Shown piece by piece: positions 52,523 through 64,000 of a stretch of DNA of 64,000 nucleotides. The notes below the pieces were generated by a model, which was given only the letters and a program-made list of their open reading frames with translations, was not told where the DNA came from and made no database searches. A program made the translations under genes and the position numbers. The first letter of the stretch is position 1. Every line of letters starts with the position of its first letter. The stretch lies in the NCBI RefSeq assembly GCF_006345805.1, contig NC_043007.1, positions 48,360,001-48,424,000 on the forward strand. The letters run 5' to 3'. This DNA is from Octopus sinensis (Eukaryota).

Positions 52523-53793
52523 CTTTGAATGACAGTGGGGGCATAAAGTTGATCATGAGAGAAAGCAATAAATGTAAGTGTACCACAAATGGTATTCAAG
52601 TTTAAGATGGATGAGGAGAATATAGGTCATCCATGTGTCAAGACATTAACAATCCCTTGATAAGCAGCCCTGTGTCAATTGCACTATAATTCAATGACAC
52701 CATTCATAACCTACACATAAACATACAATTATACTATTAATTACATACACTTCTTTCATTTACACAGTTATTCTGTCAACTATACACACCCATACACACA
52801 TTTACAATTTTAGTTGATCAAATTTATGCATTGTTATTTATTGCTTTGTCATATATTTTAAAGTCCATTTCCCCCACTCTTATGAATTCTGTGAGAGAAG
52901 TGTATGAACAACAAAACTTCTAATATTTCTTTGCTAAATATATAAAATATATAATAAATAACTATTATGTATTGCTTTCTAACCCTGGAACATAGACAGA
53001 AATTTTGTGGGAGGAAGTGAGGTACAGGAATTTTAAATGCCGATGAAATGATGGTTTAAAATTTTGACACAAAGTCAGAAATTTTAAGAGTAAAGTAAAT
53101 CGATTTCCTTAATCCCAATTTACCTTGAGAGAATTTGAACCTGAAACACAAAGAGCCAAAAGAAATGCCACTAAGCATTTAGTCTGAATCACTGACAATT
53201 CTACCAACTCATCATCTTCATACCAATGAAATATAAAGGGTTCTATCAGGATGTTTCATAGAAAGAATATTATTTCTACTGCAGTACTCAATGGTTATCC
53301 ACCCAGAAGAGTTAGAAGAACAAGATTGACCTTCCATGATAGAGAGTACTCTCACAGACTGTTGACCATTCATGAGAGAAAGTGAACCAGCCCCCAGCTT
53401 TTTTCCATACAACAGCATAGAGAATATATATTTACATTTTTGTTTCACACAACAGAGAGACTTTCCAATATCTAAATTTATTTCAGATCTGATTCATGCT
53501 CTGTTGTGCATGAAATATATATTGTTTAATTATTAATTAAAGCCATCAAAAGAACAAGTTATCAAAAGTACAAACTGCCACTTAGGATATCCACAATGAT
53601 ACAGGGCTAACTGATGACAGCTCTGTGTTAAAGCTGAATGGACAAGGAAGGTGGGTACGTCTTCTCTTGTGAAGCATTCTGTCAGATGACTTACCTCCTT
53701 CTTTGAACTGCACATCAATAACAGAAACAATGCTTACTATTTCAACCTCAGCAAGGTTTTCTCATAAATACATATACATATGTGTGTGTACAT

Positions 53794-53851
<58 letters not shown>

Positions 53852-55258
53852 CGTGCACACACATACACATACATAAGGCAATGATTCAGGCATAGTTAAG
53901 AAGTTCTCTTCCCAATCACTTGGTTTTGGATTCAGTCCCAGTGCATGGCACCTTGAAGTTTTCTATTTTTCTTAAAATTTTTATTTATTTCTGTCCAGCC
54001 ACCTTCCTCGTTGCAAGGTTGTAAATAAAAGGAAATTGTCCTCATCTTTTATGTAAATGTTTATCCTTTTAATCAAAACTATGTTTCAAAAATTTTGAAG
54101 TTCAGATATTGCAACAATTTGTAACTGACGTATGTATGTATGTTTTTAATTATTTAAATTCTTCTTTTAAAGAAGGAGCTAGTTTCTAACAAAACTACAA
54201 AGCTCCATTGTTGAAATGTAGATAAGGGAAACGGTGTCAACTTTTAAACCTGATAAAAGTGTTGAATAGTTTTACTGTTCTGCTTACAGATTGTATTTGT
54301 AATGTGCAAGTCAGTTGGCGATTTCTTTTTCTAAAAGTTCAAGCTTATACAGACTGACAGTTGGGTATTTACTTCCAAAACCAAGTGCTCAAATTATGTA
54401 TATATGTGTATGAGTGTGTGTGTGTGTATTTGTGAGACATATACATATAGATAGATACACACAAACATATAGTGATATACATGCATGTAATATAAATAAA
54501 TTTATAATCCAGAGATAGAAGCTGAAGGTTTCCAAGCCATATGTATATATGTATGTATGTATGTATGTACGTATGAATGATTGTATGTATGTATGCATGT
54601 ATGTATGTACGTACATACGTACGTACAAATGTATGTATGTGTGCATTCATGTATGCATTTATGTATGTATGTGTGTGTGTGCATGTATGCATGTATGTAT
54701 GTATGCATGTATGCATGCATGTATGTATATATGTCAGATCGCTCTTGAGCGCTACTGGTACCATGTAATCCAGAACAACCAGTTACATGATCAGGTCGTT
54801 GGTGACTAAACAGGCAACCCCACCAAGCTTGGTGAGGCAGGTGATTGTTGGAAACCTTGAGGGACATAAAAATAAAACCGTCAAAGGGCGGAAGAACTAC
54901 AGTGTAGTCAACAGCCATTCAATAACATGTGTTTATAGACGTGTGTGTGTGTTGTATTGTATTTCAAATTGTATATGCATATATTGTATATATTGTGCTT
55001 TGAATTGTATATATTGTATCTCAATTTTTAATTTTTATTTTATTTTTTCCTTTTTGTATGATAAATAGATAAGGGGTGGATGGAGCTTCTTTGTTTACCC
55101 AAGCTGTGGCAAAGGTAGTCTATCTAAGAGAAGGTAACTCTGAATTTAAATACTTCACTGCTATCTCTTGTAGTTAGCCTTTGATTGGGCAAAGAATGGG
55201 AGAAGGACACTCTGATATAAAAGCTGCGACTGCGAATGCACCCAATGATGTCGACTTG

Positions 55259-55335
55259 CTTCTACACTATCAACTTCTACACTATCAACTTCTACACTAT
55301 CAACTTCTACACTATCAACTTCTACACTATCAACT
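55259..55335. repeat. Perfect 15-bp minisatellite (cttctacactatcaa)x5
   Basis: Five exact copies counted. Confidence 0.95.
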
Positions 55336-57049
55336 ACCAACCAGTGACAATGAACTTGTTATCACTGCCACAACAATTACTGCTGTCTCTCACTACTACA
55401 TGTTGGGCAAACGAATAAATATATGTAAATATTTCTTCCTTCTCAGTGTTGATTCTTCGATGTTTACTGGTTTCTCCAACACAATAACCAAAACAAAAAA
55501 AAACGCATGTAATATGCAACACAGGCAGTAAACAAAAATGAAATAGAACAGTGTGGTGACATTTAGAAGAGATGACCCAGAAGTTGTTGCTCTTTGATTA
55601 TTATCACAAACAGCAGTAGCTTTCTTCAGCTGAATACACTCATTGATTCATTAAAATTACCCAAATATAACAACTTTAACACGAAATAACTTCTAAAATA
55701 TGAAATTTTGTCAAAAATGTTGAAAGTAAACTGTGTTCAGCATGAGAAATTAAACCAGTATACGAAGTTTCAAACTGTTTAGTTAAAAAAAAATAATAAT
55801 AATAAAATCTGTGAGTGAAACTGAAGAGATCCCATCTTTGTAATTTGCCCAGTACAGTAAACCTCTCACTGTTATTTGGTAGTTGTCTTGATGATTCTGA
55901 CAGAGAAATAATCATGAAAAACATATAGAAAATGAAAAGTCCTTATGTGTTTTCTATTAAATAGATTTTTTATTAAATAAAAAAAAAATCATCCAATTAA
56001 TGAAATATCAATTAACTTTGTAGGGGACTACCCAGTGAACACCCCAGTAATTGTTTTTGATATTAGGTCAAATAGTTTCAGAGAAGAAGATTGTTAAGTA
56101 ATTTGTTCAAAGAACGGTAGACAATTGCTGAATCAGCACAAGTTAAACAAACTTGATAGAGGATCAAGCCAGGTACTATCAAAAAAATCTGGTCCCTTTT
56201 GGGCCAACAGTTTGAGAGAAGTCCTTTGTAGAAAAAGTTGATGAACACACAGACAATAGTTTTGCAGGAAACAATTTGGTTTACCCTTTTCAGTATATTA
56301 AGGATACTTACATGTTTGATGGTACTCGTTTGAAATAATCGCTTAATTTTGCATGTTTACAAGGAGGATCCTTCCGAGTATACATCCTGTTAAGTGTGAT
56401 GTTGAGAAAATTGGTTGCAATAAATACACCAGTTACCAATCCAAAACCTCTCTTCCTCACCTTACTATGAGGAGTGTGATCTCACAGGCATTCAAAAATA
56501 GCTCCACCAAGCAATTGTAGGAATTCCCAGGCTGGCAGACAGTCATGTCTAAAAACAGCCCACAGCCAGATGGCCAAAATACTTGGTGTCAGGGAATGTG
56601 AGAGAACATTCAATAAGTAGTTACTTTACATGCTTCAGCTACCACTGTGAAAGGTCATTCATTATATTAGCCTAAAACTAAATTTACTATTTAAAGTCAT
56701 TATTGTTTATTGTCAACTTCTTGATAAAATCAAAATACCACAAAAACAAATATTTCAACATTTCATGATTTTCAATACTAAACTCATTTTTATCATCAGT
56801 TAAGGAAAATCAGAGGAGGCAACTGGGCCTCAGCCTGGCTACAGCCCTGATAAGTATATTAAAATGAGGAGAATTAAGAATTTGAACATTCGAACTTTAT
56901 GTTCATTTTAATATCATTCATTCTCTTCATTCTTCTCATTTTAATATTGTTCTTTACACTCTAAGTAACCAAGAAATAAACTGGAACATTGGAAAAGAGT
57001 TGAAGGTAGATTACCAAAAAACAGACCATCAGAAGGAAACAGCCCTAGC

Positions 57050-57520
57050 TTCGATTTAGATTCCTAACTACTCCAACATTTTGCGGTGCAGTTTAACCAA
57101 ATTCGGGTATCTTATAGTCGTGATTCATATCGAGCCCGTCTGAGTATTAGCGCGCGTCTACGATGAGTCTACGATTTTAAAAATAATTTAACATCATTTT
57201 TTATTCCATTTTAATGCATAATTTTTCGTGTGTCGATGGCGGCGGAGTTGGCGTCCATGGTCACACCTGCACCTGTTTGCTTCTCCCCCTTCTTCCCTCC
57301 CTCGTGAAGCTGTGGGGAAGGGAGTGTAAGGAAATCAACGTCGTAAAGCGTTGTCAAGGAGACCAGCGTTCTTTTAGAACAACGACTTCATGGCTTGAAG
57401 ACACCAAAACAGAAATGGCTAAGAAAGCCCGAATTGGCATCTATAAGGGAAGTAACTCTCTAAAAATGCTTATATAGTTATTTCCCTTACAAACCCAAGC
57501 AACGCCGGGCGATACTGCTA

Positions 57521-57522
<2 letters not shown>
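57050..57522 (-). mobile_element. Helitron-like non-autonomous element copy
   Basis: Reverse complement of parts of 33277-34190; ends caacgccgggcgatactgctagt next to (TA)n. Confidence 0.6.
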
Positions 57523-57559
<37 letters not shown>

Positions 57560-58091
57560 TATACATAATTCAAATAGAGGTTATGTTGACCTCATGAAGG
57601 GATTGTATCATCCAAGGAAATACTGGTTCAAAACCTAATATTTTTGGGAGAGGATTAAATCCATAAAATAATAGGTTTATATATGAACCATGGTTTATAA
57701 TCATGCAAATGGAGAATAAGAAAATGGAAATATATTCTGTATGTAATTTCAACAAATTTATAGGAATAAAACTTAACACAATTCTCTCCCCTTTTATATT
57801 ACATTAGCTTTAAATAATAATAAATTTTAATCAATTATTCATAATAAAATTCTAACAAACTGTAAGACCTATCCAATTTCACTTCCAGTGCCATCAGGTT
57901 TGAAAAGATATTTAAAACCTCACCAACCAACTAAATTTAACTGATCTAAAGGGATATATATCACTTTTTCTTATGGGTGATGAATAATTAATAATAGTGT
58001 AAACATATCTACATGTGTGCATGTATGTATATATTTGTATGTGTGTATGTGTTTATGCATATGTGTATGCACATAAGCACATATGTGTGTG

Positions 58092-58127
<36 letters not shown>

Positions 58128-58283
58128 TATACGTGTGTATGTGTGTATATATATATGTATAAATATAGAAATTCGGGGTGAGTACTTGATAATTATAAGC
58201 ACCTGTGTATACCGTTTGGTGGTGGTGTAGGTGGTGGAGTAAATTGATCAAAATAAAAATAAAAACATGATGCGAAGGATTCA

Positions 58284-58361
58284 GCGGTACATATGTTTCG
58301 GGCCTTTATTAGACAGATTTATAACAATGCATAATGTATGTGTGTGGCCTTCTTCAGCCGC
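58284..58361 (-). ncRNA. Candidate type I hammerhead ribozyme
   Basis: Minus strand: GCGG-CUGAAGA-A-GGCC-(~45 nt)-GGCC-C-GAAAC-AUAU-GUA-CCGC; stem I GCGG/CCGC, palindromic stem III ACAUAUGU, GUA cleavage triplet. Confidence 0.6.
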
Positions 58362-60189
58362 GCACAACAGCTTCCACAAGGACATGTGTTACATCAAAAA
58401 TTCTTGGTTGGGGATGCAAATCCTCTCATTCACGTACGACATAATGCGGCGCAGCAGCATAGAGTTGAAGCGTCCATCTCTTTCTTCTCTCAATGTAGAA
58501 TGAGGAAAATTGGATGTTGGAGGTAATGTAAATAAATAAATACATATATAGAGGTGAAGATGGAGGGGCGAGAGTTCGGGACGAGGGATAAAAAATGTAT
58601 AAAAAGTGTAAGTATAGAATAATATAAAAATGTAGAGGATAAAGGGTTGTAAGTAGATGTAAAGGGGGTATAAAGAAAATAAAGTAAAATAGAAATAGAA
58701 ATAAAAGTAAAAAACCTGATAAAAACATGATAAAAGTGTAAAAGAATGTAAAGATAAGGGATGTATAGAGGTATGGACCAAGCATGGTGGTCAGGAGATT
58801 GATAAAATTTAGTTGTAGAATTGTCAGTACATCATCAGTTTCGTCTGGGGACTTAATGCGTTGTAAATCAGAGCTGATGAGCATTTAATCTGGTTCCTTG
58901 AATTAAATGGACTTCTAGTACATACATATCATCATGGATATATACACCCACATACACGCGTACATATACGCCTCCAAGCCATAAGCATACACACGCACTC
59001 GCGTGTAAACACGTACATAAACACACACGCACCCACACGCACGCGCGTACACACACATACATACAACAGAATATCCGCATATATACCGGACATTACGCGC
59101 GTACACGCTCACAAGTATATACGCGCGCCCATCACTACATACACACACGTATATGCCCACGCCTCTAGGTCCAGGTATAAGATATTAAAGGATGTGTATA
59201 AGAACGTATGTAAAGAATCCCGTACTCATGTCAATACGCGCACGCACACACGGCTGTGTGTCCGTATGTGCGTGCACATATACCCTCATATACACCACAG
59301 AGACACACGCGCACATGGGTATAGCTATAAGATATCGAAGTATGCATGTACATATATGCGCGTGCATATGTATGTATGCGTATACACACGTACGCGGACG
59401 CTCGTATATTCAAAAGGTGGATCCATAGGTAAGTAAATAAACATATATAGAGGTGTAAAGCGATAAGTTAGGGGTAAGAATGAGGGTAAGGGTAAAGATT
59501 AGAAATAAAAAATACAGTATAAAATAAGAAATACAATGTAATAGTTAGAAATGAAGTATAAGAATTATAAAAATTATAAGAGTTAAGGTAAGGGATGAAA
59601 ATGAAAATGAGAATAAATGGAAGTAGAATAAAAGTGAGAATAAAATTAAAAATAAAAATAAAAATAAATGGAAGTAGGATAAAAGTGAGAATAAAAGTAA
59701 AAATAAAAATAAAATAAAATAAGATAAAAATATAATTTTGTAAAGTTTAAAGTGTGTGTTAAACGTAGGGGCGGGCGGGGGGAACTGAAAATTGGAAGGG
59801 TGGGAAGTGGAGTTTGGCGGTGTGCGTTCAACATCTGAGTTAGAAATGTGAAAGGGTATAGATATAGGGGATTAAAGAGACTACATAGGGAGGATATGGG
59901 TGTAGGAGAAGAAATATTTAGGGAAAAGAAGTCATATATGGGAGACGAAATTTGTATATATAGGGGGAAAATGCAGGGAACCCTATATGCACGTACACAC
60001 ACACACACACGCACATGTACATATATATGTATACGTACACATACGTACACGTATGTGCACATACATACGCACACCCACACATACACATATACACGCACAT
60101 ATAGGAAAGCGGGATGTGCTGGAGCCGACAGGTTGCACCGGGTGGGAGGAAATTGCATGGGGGAGTTGGTATAAGACTAAGCATTGTAG

Positions 60190-62315
60190 TATTGAAAGTA
60201 TTAATAAGTTTATGTATACAGGATGGTTGAACTCTGACCTTTTGTTAATAAGATTGTGTTTGTCTTTGAATTTCAAGATGTTAAGGAGTTCTACACAGCA
60301 TAGTTGGCATCCTGCTCTATTATTTAAATAAGGTGCAGCTGATCCGATGATGGACCATCTGAGTTTGAAGCCTATGCATTTGTCTTTTAATTCCCAAATT
60401 CTTTTAGAGAGGGAGGTGCTGTTAGCCTTATGTCTGTGTCTCAGCGAGGACCGGTGGTTGTAGTAGTATCTGGATTTCCAGGAGGTTGAGCAACCAATAT
60501 AGGTGAGCGTGTTAAACTGAGTACTCACCTCACATGAGTATATTACGTTTTTCGCCCTACATGCGCCCTGCAGCGGGCACTCTGATGCACATCTGCAGTT
60601 GCATTGCGTTGCATTGTTCGGTCGTGTGCTGCTAATCCAGGCGGAGGTGTTGCAATACGAGTGGGGGCGTTGGTATCCTCCTGGTTGTTGATGGGTGTAG
60701 TATTTCCTCTGTTGTGTTGGCGGGTGTTATTACTAACTGTTTGGGTAGTATGGCTGCCAGTCTGGTTATATTGTCTACTGTCTGGATGAGGGGGGTTCTG
60801 TTGGTCGCTATGGTTTGCTCTTGATCTAGCTGTTCTAATATTAATATAGTTATGTTTAGCTATGAGGCAGCTCATGTTGGGCAGGGTAGAGTAGGAAATC
60901 CTAATAGTTTTGTTGGAGAAGATACTTCTATACTTGTGGGTGGGTGGGAAGTTGTTGGAAATTATAGAGAATATCTCTTACATAACTTACCCCTAACTGC
61001 TAAGTTGAAAGGTATGTGAACCATATATATTTGCGTAATCTACTATTATCCCTCCTATTTCTCCTAATAGGATCTATATTGCTCTCGTCGGGAGGGTTAC
61101 TATTGTGTGCTGTTCTATTAGTTCGCCTATTTCCTATACGTTGTTTGGAGTTTAAATTAGAATTATCGCTAGTGTGAGTTGAGTGCTGAGTTCGATTATA
61201 ATTGGGAGTCTTATGGCCGACGGACGCTCCGGGTGGTCTACATATGATATTCTCTGGTTATACCCGGCACTATAGAGAGCCTGGTTGTAGTGTTGTGCAT
61301 GATTATTGAAAATTTCTCTATTAGAGGATAGTTTTGTCAGTCTGTCTGAGATGGCTTGACCGTGGTGCTAATTATACAGGGTGGATGGTTGGAAGAGGTA
61401 TGGATGTATTTGGTAGTTTCTTCTGGTTTCCTATACGGGTAGTGAAGGTGCTTATTCAAATCTAACGTAACATCTAAGAAGTTTACTATTTTAGTATTGG
61501 TCATAAATTCTAGTTTAAGATTGAAGGATTTGAAAAAAAGCCTGATCTTTTCCTAATTCTTTCTAGTTTACTCCTATTGTTGGTGGGGTATATGAAGAGA
61601 GCGTCGTCTCTGTATAGACCCCCCTGAAGATCCGGTACCTCGGAGAAAAGCTTCTTGAGCAGGTAGGCCCCGACCAAGTCAGTCACCTGAGCTGAATCGC
61701 TCGAGCCCATAGCCACATCGAAATTGTCGGGGGTATCGGATCTGGTCCAGAGTCTACCGTCGAATTCTATTATGGTTTTCTAGCTAATAGAATTATGTCA
61801 ATTTTTTCTCTGTCTATGAGTGAAAGGTTGCGGGCAAAAATAAGGGATTTGTTAAGTAAGATGGGGGATACACTGGCGTAGTAGCTAGCTATGTCGAATT
61901 GGATGAATGAGTAGTCGGGCCTATTGTGTAGTGTTAAACCATTCTAGCACATCGTTGGTGTAATCCATAGTTGGAGTGGATGTGGGGTTTGATGTGTGGG
62001 ATCACCCTGTCCAGGATGGTCTTGCTAAGTCTGCCGATATCCGATTTAGTCGGACAGATTAATCGTACTCCTACACTATCTGGGAAGTCTTTCTTATGGT
62101 CTTTAATAGTAATTTTGGGTACTTGTGGTTTAATAGGTTCTGTTCTGTCCAGGAGGTCTAATTGCTCATAACTTCCTTGATTTGTAGTTAATTTCCTTAA
62201 GGTTATCGTAGAAGTAGTTTTATACTTTTGCTAAGTTCCCTCATGATGAGCGTTGTAGGTTTGGTAGTCTAGCCTATACCAGTTCCCAGTCTTGTCGGCG
62301 GGTATGATAAGTGAA
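60190..62315 (-). mobile_element. Penelope-like retroelement (Naiad-type): RT plus GIY-YIG endonuclease, 5'-truncated and frameshifted
   Basis: IPADKTGNWY, TIKDHKKDF..RLICPTKSDIGRLSK, DVAMGSSDSAQVTDLVG, GGLYRDDAL, SNHPP, CNCRCASECPLQGAC..VIY..TYIG..RY..NH..SLSKRIWELK..CQLCCVE..INKRSE. Confidence 0.9.
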
Positions 62316-62442
62316 AGCATATGTATAAATATATGTATATATAATAATGAAGGGTGAAATTAATTAATTTGGAATATTATCAATTACACCAAGTAGTCTT
62401 CGGCATGTAAAAGCCTCATTTGAGGAAAATTTAAGTAATACT

Positions 62443-62592
62443 AAGCAATAAGGGTTCAGCAACGAATTGCCTTACCACATACCGAATTTAGAAATAGCAG
62501 TCAAAGGGTTATAGCTATAGCTATAACCCTTTGACTGCTATTTCTAAATTCGGTATGTGGTAAGGCAATTCGTTGCTGAACCCTTATTGCTT
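62443..62592. repeat. Perfect 150-bp palindrome with no spacer
   Basis: 75-bp arms checked base by base; centre between 62517 and 62518. Confidence 0.97.
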
Positions 62593-62626
62593 TGTATATA
62601 TATATATGTATATATATATATATAAT

Positions 62627-62700
<74 letters not shown>

Positions 62701-62705
62701 GCAAG

Positions 62706-62755
62706 ATTTATTGGCTAAACTGGCAATATGACCATTCCGAAATATAACAATATAT
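62706..62755. mobile_element. Single arm end of the 1-220 foldback family
   Basis: tttattggctaaactggcaatatgaccattccgaaatataacaata matches 182-227. Confidence 0.8.
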
Positions 62756-62878
62756 ATATATACGGTTTAAGTAATTGAGATTCAAGTGAATTCTAATGAA
62801 TTCACATGAATATAGTCCTTAACCAGGATGCACCGGAAATCTATATGGTGTTAACCATACGACAAGTGGGGTGATTAC

Positions 62879-63037
62879 AAATAGGAAAAAAGCAACAAGA
62901 ATGGATTCAAATCTCGGTACAATTGTTTCGTACGAGGACATCTTTAATAAGCTGCATTTTTTGTAGCTTATTAAAGATGTCCTCGTACGAAACAATGTAC
63001 CGAGATTTAATCCATTCTTGTTGCTTTTTTCCTATTT
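62879..63037. repeat. Near-perfect 159-bp palindrome with 5-nt loop
   Basis: Arms 62879-62956 and 62962-63037 differ by two 1-nt indels and one substitution. Confidence 0.92.
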
Positions 63038-63094
63038 ACAATATATATATATATACGTTTATCTTATTAGTTTTTTTTTATCATTTGCTTGTTT

Positions 63095-63447
63095 CAGCCA
63101 TGCTAGAGCACCACCTTTAGTTGAGCAAATCGACTCCAGGACTTATTCTTTGGAAGCCTAGTACTTATTCTATCAGTCTCTTTTGCCGAATCGCTAAGTT
63201 CTGGGGACGTAAACACACTACCATCGGTTGTCAAGCGAAGTTGGGGGGACAAATACAGACACACAAACATATACACAGACATACATATATGCGACAGGCT
63301 TCTTTCAGTTTCTATCAACCAAATCCACTCACAAGGCTTTGGTCGACCCAAGGCTATAGTAGAAGACACTTGCCCAAGGTGCCACACAGTGGGAATGAAC
63401 CCAGAACCATGTGGTTGGTAAGCCAGCTACTTACCACACAGCCATTC
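63095..63447 (-). mobile_element. CORE-like SINE family A copy
   Basis: Homologous to 3645-4057. Confidence 0.8.
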
Positions 63448-63830
63448 CTGCACCTATATATATATATAAAATTTATAATTCAGCATCAGAAAGTTTCCAC
63501 CTTTTGCTTTCTCTTGATTTGCATATATGCTTATATCATCTTTTAACATCTGTTGTCCATGCTGGCATGGATTGGACGATTTGACCAGGGCTGGTAAACT
63601 GAGGGGCTGCACCAGACACCAGTCTGATTTGGTATGATTTCTAAGGCTGGATGCCCTTACTAATGTCAACTACTCTGAGAGTGTAATGGGTGCTTTTACG
63701 TGCCACTGGCATGGGTGCCAGTTATGTAACACCAGTATCCACCACAATATAGTATATTGTGAAATTTGATTTAATACTAAATTGAATTTTTCCCTGTAAG
63801 TTTGGAGTTATACTCCCTAATATTATTATG

Positions 63831-63880
<50 letters not shown>

Positions 63881-64000
63881 CCGGAGTAAACACATAAATG
63901 TTAAACAAGGTGGAAAAAAGAGTACTCAAATACCAGTGGTAGAGTAATATGCTTTATTTAAAGCAGCAGAAAATTCAACAAAACCTGTTACTCTGAGTTT

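Noticed and set aside
53285-53385. Candidate terminal exon VLNGYPPRRVRRTRLTFHDREYSHRLLTIHERK*
   Set aside because: Reasonable acceptor, but no recognisable family and no linked exons.
55259-55335. CRISPR-like or coding repeat
   Set aside because: Repeats are contiguous with no spacers, the context is eukaryotic, and there are no cas genes.
58874-58910. Plus-strand CTGATGAG followed by a catttaat/attaaatg hairpin
   Set aside because: No GAAA after the stem, so the hammerhead core is incomplete.
60290-60600. Selenocysteine recoding, as reported for some Naiad elements
   Set aside because: The conserved Cys positions read here are TGC/TGT, not TGA. Stops elsewhere look like ordinary decay.

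Overview
AT-rich, repeat-dominated eukaryotic (metazoan) DNA. The SINE/LINE families and (TA)n/(ATT)n load suggest an octopod cephalopod; this is inference, not a database result. There is no prokaryotic content and no CRISPR array, and almost all ORFs in the track are microsatellite artefacts or decayed transposon fragments. One host gene is well supported: the 3' part of a plus-strand IL-17-receptor-like gene. Five phase-compatible GT-AG exons (2842-2889, 3531-3585, 4242-4400, 12263-12313, 17190-17857) encode an FN3-like segment, a transmembrane helix, a basic stop-transfer segment and a SEFIR domain. The rest is nested mobile DNA: R4/Dong-type RLE LINEs in (TAA)n tracts, Tx1-like, CR1-like and RTE LINE fragments, two Naiad-type Penelope-like elements, mariner and Merlin transposase remnants, Helitron-like non-autonomous elements, two tRNA-derived SINE families and many foldbacks. 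Most notable: (i) an ORF1-only tandem element sharing 3'-end motifs with a Tx1 LINE and a SINE; (ii) a candidate type I hammerhead ribozyme downstream of a Penelope-like element, plus a palindrome built from two hammerhead 3' halves; (iii) a copy of part of the SEFIR exon replacing the middle of an RTE LINE; (iv) a Merlin element with foldback architecture; (v) a perfect spacer-less 150-bp palindrome. Repeat boundaries are approximate and family names come from motif recognition by eye.
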